Shown: positions 22,208 through 34,500 of the stretch, piece by piece | Layout of the letters: the number at the start of each line of letters is the position of its first letter | How positions within the stretch are numbered: the stretch's first letter is position 1 | Assembly: GCA_051294375.1 (NCBI GenBank) | Contig: JBJCIZ010000708.1 | Location: 13,292-55,943 of the forward strand | Reading direction: 5' to 3' | Source: Paraspadella gotoi | Taxonomy: Eukaryota; Animalia; Chaetognatha | DNA: 42,652 bases | The notes under the pieces: generated by a model | The model's input: only the letters and a program-made list of their open reading frames with translations | Told to the model about the DNA's origin: nothing | The model's database searches: none | Made by a program: the position numbers and the translations under genes

Positions 22208-22282
22208 GTGATTTATCATCTGATTAGCTGATTACCGCTTAATTATCGTAGGCAGATCCGACATTGTTTGCTCAAACTTGTT
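22208..22282 (+). mobile_element. 3' end of a HINE-like family A copy
   Basis: ...GGCAGATCCGACATTGTTTGCTCAAACTTGTT, same as 3030-3104. Confidence 0.7.
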
Positions 22283-22727
22283 AGTTCTGTGTCTTTGTTT
22301 TTTAGTCCAGAGAGAAGTCTGACGTCATGCCACGCCATTGGGGTCCTGGACATGACATCTTGACCTAGTGTAAATGTTAGGTACCATAATGATAATATTT
22401 ACTCGTGATTTTCATTGGTATACTTTATGACCAGTCTTTAAAAAAAAATTGCTAAGTTTCTGTCTATGACTAAAAGAAAAATTGCCAATGGCCTAGTGTA
22501 ATGTTAGGAATGTTAGGAACCATATGTTAGGAACCATAATGATAATATTTACTCGTGATTTTCATTGGTATACTTAATACTTTTCCAATTTACAGTGTCC
22601 GCGATTGATCCTTAATAGTTAAATTTTATGAAATTATTTTTATTTTTAGTGCTTCTAGTGCAATTAGTCTTGCTCAATGCTCATTTATCGCTTTAACTGT
22701 CAAATTGTTTCTTTTATTTAAAAAAAA

Positions 22728-23034
22728 AATAATCTTAAAAGCATATCGTCGCAATCGCAAAAGAAAAATCTGGATTAACGACAAATTTTGATACTAAAAA
22801 AAATAAAATTTGAGAAAAGAAAATTAATTTATAAACAGAAAGAAAAATTATATTTGCGATTGTCAAATAAAAAAAATAATGAACTACCGAGGAAAATTAA
22901 AATTACAGTTTCTGAAAAAAAAAAAAACCTTTTTATTGTCAAAAAATAAACTGATCAGCAGACGCAGCCCCTGAGAAAAAAAACGAAGTAAAAACCCAGT
23001 GTTGCGATAGCAAAATGATAACATGCATGAATGC

Positions 23035-23090
<56 letters not shown>

Positions 23091-23580
23091 AAGAGAGAGA
23101 GCGGGAGAGAGAGAGAAGCCAAATCGTTTTCGGACAAATCAGCAGCAGCAGAGGCAGCCAGACAAAAAGAAAAAAATCAAAAGGCAGCAGCAGAAACAGC
23201 AGAAGAAAAGAAAGAAAAAAAAAGTGCCCCTGCAGAGCCAGCTGCAGACTCGTTTTTTTTCCGATGAATAAGCACTAGGGAGAGAGAGAGAGAGAGCTAC
23301 ATATAATTAAAGGAGAAAAGAGAGAGAAGGAGACATAAAAAAAATTGTTTGTTTTGATAAAACATAAAATTGGGTCAGGACAGTTATTAAATATGTTTTG
23401 TTTAAGGACATCGATGATGAGAAGCTGTATATAAATTTTCAGATTCATACACCCAAATTTAATCATGAAAAAGGCAATCTATAAATTGGAACGCCGACGA
23501 CAACGAAGACGACGACGACGCCACTTATGTGCAAAACCAGAGCAATATCGTCGCAAACGCAAAGCGATTGAGACAATAAA
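22728..23580 (-). mobile_element. Second HINE-like family (B) carrying an (AG)n microsatellite
   Basis: Subterminal repeat ATCGTCGCAA at both ends, with a 5' inverted partner. Related pieces at ~34185-34470 and 35500-35548. Confidence 0.45.
23038..23116. repeat. (AG)n microsatellite
   Basis: Directly visible AG dinucleotide run. Confidence 0.97.
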
Positions 23581-24020
23581 AAGGGTATCAAAAAACCGAG
23601 AGACTATCTCGTAACAAATAAAAAATTAACAAACATACTATCATCAACGGAATGGACCTATAAACGGACTTGGTTGCCCTAGTGATGTGATTGCTCGTCT
23701 CCTGATGATGGTCAAAATTGCTAAGAGAACTCTAGGCATTCACCTCAACATCCAAACTCAAGAATGAATCCTTCTTCAAATAATTATTGAACTGTTTAAT
23801 ATTGTCATCGCCTTTGTCTTAACCTTTGTCATCCTGTCATCGTTACCTATGTCATCACCCTAATCATTGTCCGTCATTAATAAACTATTGGCAACCAAAT
23901 ACTTGACCACGTTATTTGACTAAACGTCAACGCTATAACCAATTATTAACCATGGGGAAAGACAAACCGACCAACCGACGGGTTTCTCGCGAGTAAACAG
24001 ATAAATAAAGAGCCACTAAC

Positions 24021-24319
24021 CCTGGGTTCCTCGAAGCCTCTTGGGTCGTGTTACGCGGAGCCAAAAGGAATTCAAACATCCTTTGAATGACTCTAAGAAG
24101 GATGGGATTGGAGAGCGGCATTGGCGTCGGCGTTGCGCTGCTCTCCCCGGAAATGGAAGCAGCGGCGTCACCTTCGTTGTCGCCAACGCCGTATCCGCCG
24201 CACCCGCCGCCCCACAGACGCGGCAGAAAACTGGCAACTGCGTTTACTCCTTTGCGGAATTCCACGAGACCAGCGCCACCTGGACTTTGATGTAAAGGAC
24301 GTCCAACCGCGTCGCAGAA
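24021..24319 (-). CDS. Exon of an unidentified host gene (phase 0 to 2)
   Basis: gaccag|TTCTGC...CCCAGG|gttagt. Open frame FCDAVGRP...NPILLRVIQRMFEFLLAP..., in frame with the upstream exon across a 65-bp intron. Confidence 0.7.
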
Positions 24320-24384
24320 CTGGTCATTCAGAAGGCAATACTTTTTGTCTTTTCAATTGAACTCATAGAGTGACATAGAATTAC

Positions 24385-24616
24385 CTTTTCAATCGCCGGC
24401 TTCGCGAAAGCCAGAACATCGACAAGCGCCTCTCCCAAGGCGGCGGCTCCGTCACCCACGGGGACGCAGCAGGGCTGAGAGTGGAGAAACGTTACAAGGG
24501 CGCTAGCGACGTGAAGGGAGGAGTGTGATTCCGCAAATTTAGCGGCGTTGGCGGCGATAACTTTGTGACGCCGGTTGAGATCGTAACGCGACGGAGAGAG
24601 TGCGTCGAGACAGATG
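24385..24616 (-). CDS. Exon of an unidentified host gene (phase 2 to 0)
   Basis: ttatttcag|CATC...GAAAAG|gtaatt. Frame ICLDALSPSRYDLNRRHKV...AKPAIEK. Confidence 0.75.
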
Positions 24617-24765
24617 CTGAAATAAGTAACTAAAATCTTTATTCCTAAATCTCGCGACAAATTGACAACTTCATTCCCATTTCTGATTTCTCCCATTCCT
24701 TTTTATAAACAAAACAAAACAATAAATCGTAAATACAAATAAGGCTAAGAAATGGAAATTCTCAC

Positions 24766-24888
24766 GTCAATGCGTCGAGCAAAGCAGCGGGGTCGATGTT
24801 CGAAGACGGACAAATCCCTTTGAGACGCGAGGCTGAATCAGAAACTACTTCGCTGCCGAGAGAGCGAGGAAATCCGAATCGAAATGAC
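24766..24888 (-). CDS. Exon of an unidentified host gene (phase 2 to 2)
   Basis: gaaaag|GTCATT...TTGAC|gtgaga. Frame SFRFGFPRSLG...AALLDALT, phase-compatible with the next exon; GC-rich against AT-rich introns. Confidence 0.65.
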
Positions 24889-26016
24889 CTTTTCAAATAA
24901 ATCAAAATTCAGAAAATAGTGAAGAGACAGAAATAACTTATCAGTAACTTTTCTCTAGACTCCAAGTAGTTCAGGGCTCTCATAATATGGGCTAAAATTT
25001 CTTTATATTCGAGGATCAGATGCGGGAATAATTGCTTTATTGCCCACTTGACGGATTTTAAGAAATTTCAAAATTTTGCGCTCCAAGCCCTAAATTTTTT
25101 TTAAATTATTTCTCATCTAGTCTTAAAAGTATTAACCCAAAATAATTAAAATTTTTATTGAAAGTCGTCCTAAGTTGAAGCTATAAAATGACGTAAAAAA
25201 AATTAAAAAATTATTTCTATTTTTTATGTTATTTTGAAAAGTTGTAAAAAAGCTATGATACCATTGCTCCTTTAAAAATAGTTCAATTTTAAAAATTTTG
25301 GATACAAACAATTCTGTCTCTCGCGAGATTGTTGTAAGATTACTTTATCATTAAAAAAAATCTGTTTAACTAATGAAAATCTTTTTATAATTTGTCAAAA
25401 AAAAAGGAAATGCTAAATATATATGTTTAAATCTAAATTGTCACAGTACATCCAAAAGTAGAAGCTATACTGATTCTAAATATACTTTCACATTTAAAAA
25501 ATATTTTTTACAACCAGAGATATTTATTTACAAAGTGACAAAAAATTGTAAAAATCAACCTTTTTTTAAAGCTTAATAAAAACTGATGGAATGAATATTA
25601 TTCAATGAAATTTTGCATTCTAATCCAAATAACCAACAATTTTAAGACAACCAAAACTTGCAACCACTCACTTTCCCAAAAAAAAGATATACATTGAAAA
25701 AGATAGATTTTTTAATTTGAAATATATTTTTTTTAACTTTCAATAAATTTTGAACGTTATTAATTAAAAAAATCATAATAGATCAGTCAGTTCCTGGGAT
25801 AATCTATAAGTATTCATTCTGTCGAGATCCACAGTTAGAATTTATAAAAATAGGCTAATGATTGGTCAAATAAATATGGTAGGTAAATTTTGGAAGAAAA
25901 TTATTGAATTAATTTAATCTTTTATGTTCATCATAAATAGCCCATTTTCAAAGTTTTCTTGTTCCAAACGTCTGCCTCGGCAAAGACAGAAAGAAGGACC
26001 CTGTTATGCAACTTAC

Positions 26017-26133
26017 CATAAGGTAAGGTCGACTGTCTTGAAAATAATCTAACAAAGATAACAAGACCAAAATATTATTTAAGCGCTTTGCTTCATTAAT
26101 CATTAACGATTCCCCAGTTGTTGTTGTCAAAGT
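26017..26133 (-). CDS. Probable upstream exon of the same gene
   Basis: ttttttag|ACTTTG...CTTATG|gtaagt, 117 bp open frame (TLTTTTGESLMINEAKRLNNILVLLSLLDYFQDSRPYLM). Confidence 0.5.
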
Positions 26134-27213
26134 CTAAAAAATTTGCATCGCTGCTTTTAGTTAAGGTTATTGAGGGGTTGTTGAAAAATGGGTCAGTGTG
26201 AAATATTAATAAAAATAGTGAGTGAGAGATTAAAGGAAAGAATGAAATATTCAATGTGAGATTGATGGAGAGAAAGAAAGATTGATTGGGAAATTGATAG
26301 AGAGAAAGGAAGAGAGAGTGAGAGTTTGACGGAGAGAAAGAAAAATTGAGAAATTGAAGGAGAAAAAAAAAGATTGATTAAGAAATTGATGTAGAGAAAG
26401 AAAGATTGATTGAGAGATAAATAAAATAATATTATGGCAACGTGAATACTGAATAGTCATTAGTCAAACCAGGCATAAATTAGACCAAGTTTTAAATATT
26501 TAAAAATTAAAAATTTTTAAAAATAGATTCTGACAAAGATTAAAAAGTTAGATAAAGGCAAGTACTACAAATTTTAAAAATTTTAATGATAAATGAGTTA
26601 AAATTTGAAAAAAACCTTAAAAATTATCATCATCATTGTTGAGGAACTAGTAGTCAGCCTGCCTTGCCAGGCGTATCTCCATCCTATGACCCGTCGCGCC
26701 ATTACTGGGGAAGACTGCCGTCAACTTCCCTCGTCGCCGAAAGTGGGCGCGGAAGCATCCAGCGCCCCTTTGGTGGCGCAGTTGCGAGCAGGGATGTGGA
26801 GCCGACCTAATTTTGTCTCGGCTCCAGCTCCGGCTCCAGCTCCAGGCCAAATTTTTTTCCGGCTCCAGCTCCGGCTCCAAGCAAAATTTTTTTTCGGCTC
26901 CGGCTCCAGCAAAAATTTCAACTCGGCTCCGGCTCCAACTCCGGCTCTATTACTATATATATAATTAAAATTTAAGAAATTAAAAATAATATGTTCTTTA
27001 AATCATATAATTTATATTTTGATTATATTTAATATTTATTTTATATTATAATATATAATATATTTTAATATTAAAAATATATTATATAATTAATATTTTT
27101 TTAAAAATATTAGAATAATAAGCAAAATATTTTTTTTATTTTTTGGTGATATCCTCACTTTTTGGTAATTTAACTGTGAATTATATTTAGCATTCTCGTT
27201 AAAGTGATTTTAC

Positions 27214-27890
27214 TTAGGTTAGGGTTTTAGGGTTAGATTAGGGTTGAGTTGGTTTGGTTTAGGTTGAGTTGGTAATAATTAGGGTTAGGATTGAGTAGTT
27301 TAGGGTTAGGGTTAGGGTTAATGTCAATTTTAAGGTTAAGATAAACAAGAAGCCGGCATTAGGGTTAAGGAAGGTACTGGCAATGAATATTAGGGATTAA
27401 AGTTGAGGTACGAATATTTGAGGGAGGCCCGGTCCCGGGTTAAGGTTAGGGTAAGGACTAAGGAGAGAGGCATGGAGTTGAATGGGAGGCCTGGGTTAGG
27501 GTAGGGGGAGAGGCTTACTGTTGATGCATCAAAGGCGGTTAGGGTTAAGGAACAGAGATATATGGGAAGCCCAGGCCCGGGTTAGGGTTAGAGTTGGGAG
27601 AAAAGCATGGAGTTGAACGGGAGGCTCGGGTTAGGGGAAAAGTCCATGGTTGATGCATCGAAGGCAGTTAGGGTTGGGTTGAGGCACAGATATGTACTGG
27701 AGGCCAGGGCTTAAGTTAGGATTAGGGGAGAGGAATGGAGTTGAACAAGAGGCCCGGGTAAGGGTTAGGGTTAGGAAAGCCCACAGATGGGTTAAGGTTT
27801 AGGCATGGAAATGTATGGGAGGCCTAGGCCTGGGTTAGGGTTGGAGAAAAGCATGGAGATGTACGGGAGACTTGGGTTAGGGTTTAGTTT
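27214..27890 (+). repeat. TTAGGG-rich degenerate array and ~120-135 bp satellite (about 4 units)
   Basis: Many GGGTTA hexamers; the anchor (G)CATGGAG.TG.A recurs at ~27470, 27605, 27732 and 27851. Confidence 0.8.
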
Positions 27891-28182
27891 TACGGGAAGA
27901 GTCCACAGGCGATATATTTATCCCCATGTCTCAACTTCAGCCACAAGCTTTTCCTTTAACTTGCGCCTTTGATTATATTCATTATTTTTATTACAGGCGA
28001 GGTCACCAGTGAGGGTATTGGCGACACAACCAGGGTTTTGCTGATATTGCCATAGTGAAGTCGCCAACCAACTAGAACAACTATTGTGACTCATGCGTGA
28101 ATCGCCGGCAACATTGCTATTTGAATAAACTACAACCTAGAGTTTGGGTTGAAGCTCAGAAATAAACAAAAAGCCTGAGTTA

Positions 28183-29301
28183 CAAGGTGACACACAACAG
28201 CCCGCCGCTAAAAAAAAATTGTCATTTGCAAACTTGTAAAGATATTTTTAATCTAAAAGATTTTTTCTATAGTAAAAACTTATGATTTGACTTAGCAATG
28301 ACCAGGAAAATTCATTTTAAAACAAATCTTTTCAATTTTTTTGTCTAACTTTATAAACATTTTTTTAAAAACTTTTACATTCATTTATTGTTTTTTTGAA
28401 TTATTTAGAGAGAAAACAAAAATTCATTATTTGACAACAATAATTTTGTTTTTATTTAAATCGGATATGTTTCGACTCTATAACTTTCGAGTCTTAATCA
28501 GCATTTAAATTTACAAACTCAATATTTAAAAACTGAAACGTTTGTAAATTTAAATGCTGATGAAGACTATGAAGTTCTAGAGTGGAAACATGTCCGATTT
28601 AAATAAAAACAAAATCATTGTTATTAAATAACAAATTTTTGTTTTCTCTCCAAATAAGAACTTTTATATAAAAAGGTATCAATATTAATATCTTCTGAAA
28701 GCTCTTAAAAATTAAAAAAAAATAATATATTTAAGAATATTGAAATATAAAAATAAGTCTAACCAGCTTTAGTTTAATTAAGATAATCCAAATTGAAATA
28801 ATAAAATCCTAAAATGATTTTTTTAAATATCTGACCTATTTTTTATGATCTTACCAATTATTGTTTATATAAGTATTATAAAAATCTTAAGAAAAACTAA
28901 ATTAAAAAAACTAACAATCATTTAATGATTATTCAAAAACTGCTTTTTAAAAATTTTTTAATTTAATAATTATCTTAAAGCTAGATAGGCTAATTTTAAT
29001 ATTACAGTATTTTTAATTATGCTAATCTCTTTATATTTTTAGGAGCTTTCAGAAGATATTAATATTGATACCTTTTTATATAAATTTTTTAAAAAAATAG
29101 TTAAAAAGTTAAAATGAAACACAATTTTGAAGACAACTTTTCTCTGCTCAGTACCAAGTCAAATCAAAACCAATCAATATAAAATTTGGATAAATAAATG
29201 ATTTAGGTTTTTATTACAGAAAAAAAGTTTCAAATAAAAAAATTTTTACAAATGTGCAAATGATGATTTTTTTTAGCGGCGGGCTGTTGTGTGTCACCTT
29301 G
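28183..29301. mobile_element. Tc1/mariner-type MITE with long foldback TIRs
   Basis: TA|CAAGGTGACACACAACAGCCCGCCGCTAAAAAAAA ... TTTTTTTTAGCGGCGGGCTGTTGTGTGTCACCTTG|TA. A second copy runs from 30938 to 36589 and ends in a gap. Confidence 0.85.
28401..28657. ncRNA. Head-to-head pair of decayed hammerhead ribozyme/pLTR motifs forming a ~118 bp-arm palindrome
   Basis: Plus strand: TTTAAATG-CTGATGA-AGACT...AGTG-GAAA-CATGTC-CGATTTAAA (~28549-28603). Minus strand: CTGATTA-AGACTC...GAGTC-GAAA-CATATC (28463-28501). Confidence 0.65.
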
Positions 29302-30350
29302 TAGGGTTAAAATACTAGGATTAAGGTTTTAGCTTGGCATGAGATAAAAGGTTAGGGTTAGGGCTAAAAAAATGGCCTGCTGTAAATGATGTAAGATTGT
29401 AAATAAGATAAATTAATTAGGGTTAAGGTTTTTATTGGGGTTCATTCAGGGTGAATGGGAAGGCTAATTATATCCCTATTATTCCTGGCCAGTCCTTTTT
29501 CAAATCCTAAACTTGGCCAATGCTTTTTGTCTATCACTTAGTCCGACCTTAATATAAAAAGATTGATAGGATGCCCGAGTATGGTTATTCCTTTTAGGCA
29601 TATAATATACTATGAAAGAAGTAAACTAATATAATAAGTTTTATAGTATATTTTTGAATTCATCAATTAAAAAGTTAAAAATAAAAAGTATAATATTAAA
29701 GTAATTTAGTTTTTTATCTTTTAAATGAGATATCTTTCAACCATATGTAACAAAAATTATATAAAAAGTACATAATATAAAAAATTAGTAAGCAAAATAA
29801 TAATTATTATTATTATTATTATTATTGTTCAAAATATATTATTGAAAAGCTTTGCCTTTAATCAGTCTGTAAATGGTTGCTGTATTAAGTAAGCCAAAGC
29901 ATATTAAAGGATAAATTTTACTTCATAAATAAGTATTTATAATAAATTTAATAGATTAAAAAAAAAGAATTATTATTATTTACTTAATCTTATGTATAAT
30001 AAATATATGATATTATATAAATTATAAAAATCAGTATTATGTTTTTTTAAATATTTTTTTTAATTTAATAATTATAATCTTATTTTATTTTTTTGGAGAT
30101 GGAGCCAGGCATTTTTATTTCGGCTCCGGCTCCGGTCAAAATTTTTTTTTGGCTCCGGCTCCAGCTCCGGCTCCGGCCAGATAAAAATTCTGACTCCGGC
30201 TCCGGCTCCGGCAAAAAAAGCTCGGCTCCGGCGGCTCCGGCTCCACATCCCTGGTTGTGCCACTTGAAATCAAATTTTTAATCATTTAGTGACATTTAGT
30301 GACATTGTAAGTTCACCCCGCAATAAATCATGGATCCTTCTGTTGTAACA

Positions 30351-30520
30351 CCGTGGCACATTAAGGAAACGCTATCTTCTCATGACCGTTAGTTGCTAAT
30401 TTCAATTCCAACCCGGTGCCTGCCCTATTGGTACCGTGAAGATGGCTGTAAGATTGGGGGCTGTAGCTACTCCAAAACCCAGTACTTGTTCTATTGCTGA
30501 GAAAGGGGGTTAAAAAGTTA
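30351..30520 (+). mobile_element. Putative tRNA-derived SINE, diverged
   Basis: Shares CTCATGACC..TAGT...TTCAAT...AAC..GGT and CCCAG.ACT...GCTGAG...GGGGG.TA.AAGTTA blocks with 11635-11843. Confidence 0.35.
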
Positions 30521-31211
30521 TTTTCTCCCATGATTGAGGGGTGAACCAGTGTAATGTCCGCAACACGCTTAAGCAGATCGAGTGATTGCTAGTAATGATA
30601 TACATGGTGACAATTTTACAAGCGCCGGTAGAAATACGCTGTCATTTGCAAACCAGTGGTTATTTCATTGATTTTAAAAATTAGTTAAGTAGAACATATT
30701 AAAGTCATTTATGTGTTCAAATTTTATATTGATCAGTTAAGATATGCCTTGGCAATGAGTGGAGAAAGTTGGCTTATAAAATAAGGTTTCATTTTCCAAC
30801 TCACTGTTTTTAAATTCAATTTTTTTTTTCAACTTCTAGCTCTTTTTTAAACAAATATTTATTAAGATNNNNNNNNNNAAACTACAACCTAGAGAAATAA
30901 AGATAAAAATAAAGAAATAAACAAAAAGCCTGGGTTACAAGGTGACATACAACAGCCCACCGCTAAAAAAAAATTGTCATTTGCAAACTTGTGAAGATAT
31001 TTTTAATCTAAAAGATTTTTTCTATAGTAAAAACCTAAATCATTTATATATCCAAATTTTATATTGATTGGTTATGTTTTGACTTAGCAATAACCAGGAA
31101 AAAGTTGCTTCAAAAATTGTCTTTCATTGTAAAAAAAATTTTTCAATTTTTTTGTCTAACTTTATAAATATTTTTTTAAAAACTTTTACATTCATTTATT
31201 GTTTTTTTGAA

Positions 31212-31429
31212 TTATTTAGAGAGAAAACGAAAATTCATTATTTGACAACAATAATTTTGTTTTTATTTAAATCGGATATGTTTCGACTCTATAACTTTCG
31301 AGTCTTAATCAGCATTTAAATTTACATGCTGATGAAGACTATGAAGTCCTAGAGTGGAAACATATCCGATTTAAATAAAAACAAAATCATTGTTATCAAA
31401 TAACAAATTTTTGTTTTCTCTCCAAATAA
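31212..31429. ncRNA. Second head-to-head hammerhead motif pair, central spacer deleted
   Basis: Same sequence as 28401-28657 lacking ~39 central bases. Confidence 0.6.
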
Positions 31430-31558
31430 GAACTTTTATATAAAAAGGTATCAATATTAATATCTTCTGAAAGCTCTTAAAAATTGAAAAAAAATAATAT
31501 ATTTAAGAATATTGAAACATAAAAATCAGCCTAACCAGCTTTAGTTTAATTAAGATAA

Positions 31559-34500
31559 GTCGCGGTGCACAGTCTCGTGGAAAAACTTATTCACGCTATT
31601 CTCATGCAAAATTTTTTACCTTGTGACCAAAATTTTTGCTCTGTCTGATTACTAACATATGCCTTATATTCAAACGAACATAGGCTCTTTTTACGATGAC
31701 TGTTTTTCATCAGTAAGATCGCAAAGATAATCAAAATATGTAAAAAATCAGGCTAAAAGTAGCTTAAAACGGTGACAAAATTTCTTACCATCGTTATTGT
31801 AATTGATCTGGGTTAAACTTGTTCATTAAAAAAAATTATATTCCAACTCAATTTATTACTAGAGATCAAGAGCTATCTTTTAAACCTATTATTTTTTCAT
31901 TTAAAGGAAATTTAAGGCATAACAACCAACCAAATATCTCTAAATCAAAATGACAAAACAATATTGCTTTTTTCTAGTTTTTGTATTCATTTTGTGGCTG
32001 TGACTTGTTTGGCGTTTTAAGAAAGATCTAAGAGACATTTTTGGGAAAAGCATCTTTTTATAACTTTAGGTATAAATTTTTATAAAAATATTTTAAAGTT
32101 TAGTATACTAAAATGATTTTTAATTAATTAAAAAGTTGAATATTTAAATTTTCGAAAAAAACATTTGTCTCATGGAGAATTATAAATAAGGAACTTGAGA
32201 AATAATTTTGCATTTTGAAAAAAATCAGTTTTTTCCCAATCGATTTTGTCACAATCTGATGTTTTTATTTTTTTGATTTATTTATTTTTTATGCAAAATT
32301 ATAATTTTTCGTGAGCATGGTCTGAAAAAGTTTTTTTTTAAATTTTTCGTTTTTTTATCTTTTATGTTTTCCATAAGTATTCAAGAGGGATATGGAGGAC
32401 AGGTTTTCTTATCTTATGTTATTGTGATCATTTGCTATTAATTTTTATGAATCATTACTTTTAATATTAATATTGTAATGTTTTTTATATTAAAAGAAAT
32501 TAATAAGTTTTCTTTCCTCCTTATAACATTGATAGGAAAGACATTATTTTTTAATAGTGAGAGTCAAAGAACTATTAATTATAGAAATGATAATTATTGT
32601 CTCAATATGTAACAAAATAAAAGGACGCGTGAATATGTGAGACATAGTTGTTATGACCTAACGAAGAGGCTGAGTAAGACGGTGAGCAAAGTTCTGAAAT
32701 TAGAAATGCAGAAACGAAAAGGAAAAGCAACACAAGAGAGGTGAGGCAATAGAGTGAGAGCTAAAAAGACGCCTAACCTAGAATTAAGTTAAGAGAAGAG
32801 AATTTCCTGTATTTGTTAATGCTCTAAATAGTCTTCATCAGGTCTGGCACTTCCGAGTCCTCACCAACATATTCTCTTCTTTTCCTCGTCCAACAGTCGA
32901 CACTACACGTACAAAAAGGACTGATTGAGATGTGAGACGTTATTGATGAAATTAAATAATCTACAGTTAATAGATAAGAAATGATCTCTACATTGAACAA
33001 ATAAACTTGATTAATTGACTGATTAATTAATTATTGATAATTAATGATTAATTAACTGATTAATTATTATGATTAATTAATACATCTTGTATTTCAAGTC
33101 AGATCTGCCCATGGTCATGTAATTAAATTAATAATTATATTAAGAAATAATTAATCAAGTTAATTAATTAATAATTAATTCAAGCTTAATTATTTAATAT
33201 AATTATAATTAATTTTAATTCAAAGTCAATTATTTAATTAAGTTAGGCAATTAATTAATTAATTTGATGAAATGTTTGTTTTGATTTATTAATAGAGATT
33301 AATTAATTATTGATAAATTAATTGACTAATTGATTAATTAACTGATGTAATATTATGATTAATTAATACATCTTGTATTTCAAGTCGGATTTGCCCATGC
33401 TCTATTATATCGGTAATTAATTAATTAATTCAATTAATTATTCATATTTAATTAATAATAATTTAATTTATTCAAGTTAATTATTAATTAATTAGGCAAT
33501 TAATTAATTTGATCTCCAAAATGTTTGTTTTGATTGATGACTGATTAATTAATAATTGATAAATATAATTGACTAATTGATTAATTAAATGATTAATAAT
33601 TTAATTAATTAAACATCTTGAATTTACATTTAAAATAAAAAGAAAAAGAAAGCATAATCAAATTAGTAAAATAGGTTCTTTGTTTTTTCCAATTTAAACT
33701 CATTTCACTCAAACGATTCCATCGAAACTTGATTTTCCAGTTTAATTACACACTTTCCTACCCACATACAAAATTTCAGTCAAGCTCCCCATCCACTCAT
33801 GAGTAATTGCTGTTCAAATAGTGAAATATATTTTTTGTTTTTCCATTAAAACTCATTTCCACTCGGACGATTCCATCAAAACTTCATATCCAGCTCAAGC
33901 ACACACTTCCTACCCACACACAAAATATCATTCCAATCCATCCATCAAACGAGTAATTTGTATTTTTGTTAAAGGTGGACGGAACGCACAGGACATCGTT
34001 TTTTTTGATAATTTATCATAATTTTGATTTCTGACATGTATATAAGTGAATGCCCGATCAATCATAGATTGAGCGGGCAGACCGACGGACCGAAAGTAAA
34101 TTATAAAGTCGGGATCTGCTGAAAGCAGATCGGCGATGAAAAATAAAAGAGTGACGAGAAAAAAAGAAGAAATAAAAACCTGATGTTGCGAGAGAGAGAG
34201 AGAGAGGCCAAATCGTTTCTCGACGAATCAGCCAGTAGCAGCAGGAGAAAAACTTTTCATTGACAAATAAACTGATCAGCAGAGAGAGAGAGATAGCTAT
34301 ATGTAATTAAAAGAGAATAGAGAGAGAGATATATAAATAAAATGAGGAAATTTGTTTATTTGATAAAACGTAAACAAAACATATTTAATAACTGTCCTCA
34401 CCCCAATTTTCAAACGGACAAATACGACAACAACGACGATAGACGATACGCCATATTATGTGCGACGATAAAAATACAAATTAAATTAATAAAACTAAAA

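Larger units (their letters stand above)
26789..30253. mobile_element. Composite non-autonomous hAT-like element with GGCTCC subterminal arrays
   Basis: TIR CAGGGATGTGGAGCCG / CGGCTCCACATCCCTG. (GGCTCC/AGCTCC)n at 26820-26946 and 30121-30244. 8-bp flanks match at only 5/8 positions (GTTGCGAG vs GTTGTGCC). Confidence 0.7.

Noticed and set aside
22955-23278. RE/SL-repeat ORFs
   Set aside because: Translations of the (AG)n microsatellite.
26605-26964. AP/GA/EP-repeat ORFs (also 30072-30281 and 37269-37571)
   Set aside because: Translations of GGCTCC subterminal repeats of a hAT-like element.
27380-27890. CRISPR-like repeat-spacer array
   Set aside because: Eukaryotic context, whole units are homologous with no unique spacers, and no cas genes; it is a satellite.
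32608-32940. LTR-like island with ATGTGAGAC direct repeat
   Set aside because: No consistent TG...CA ends with a TSD could be established.
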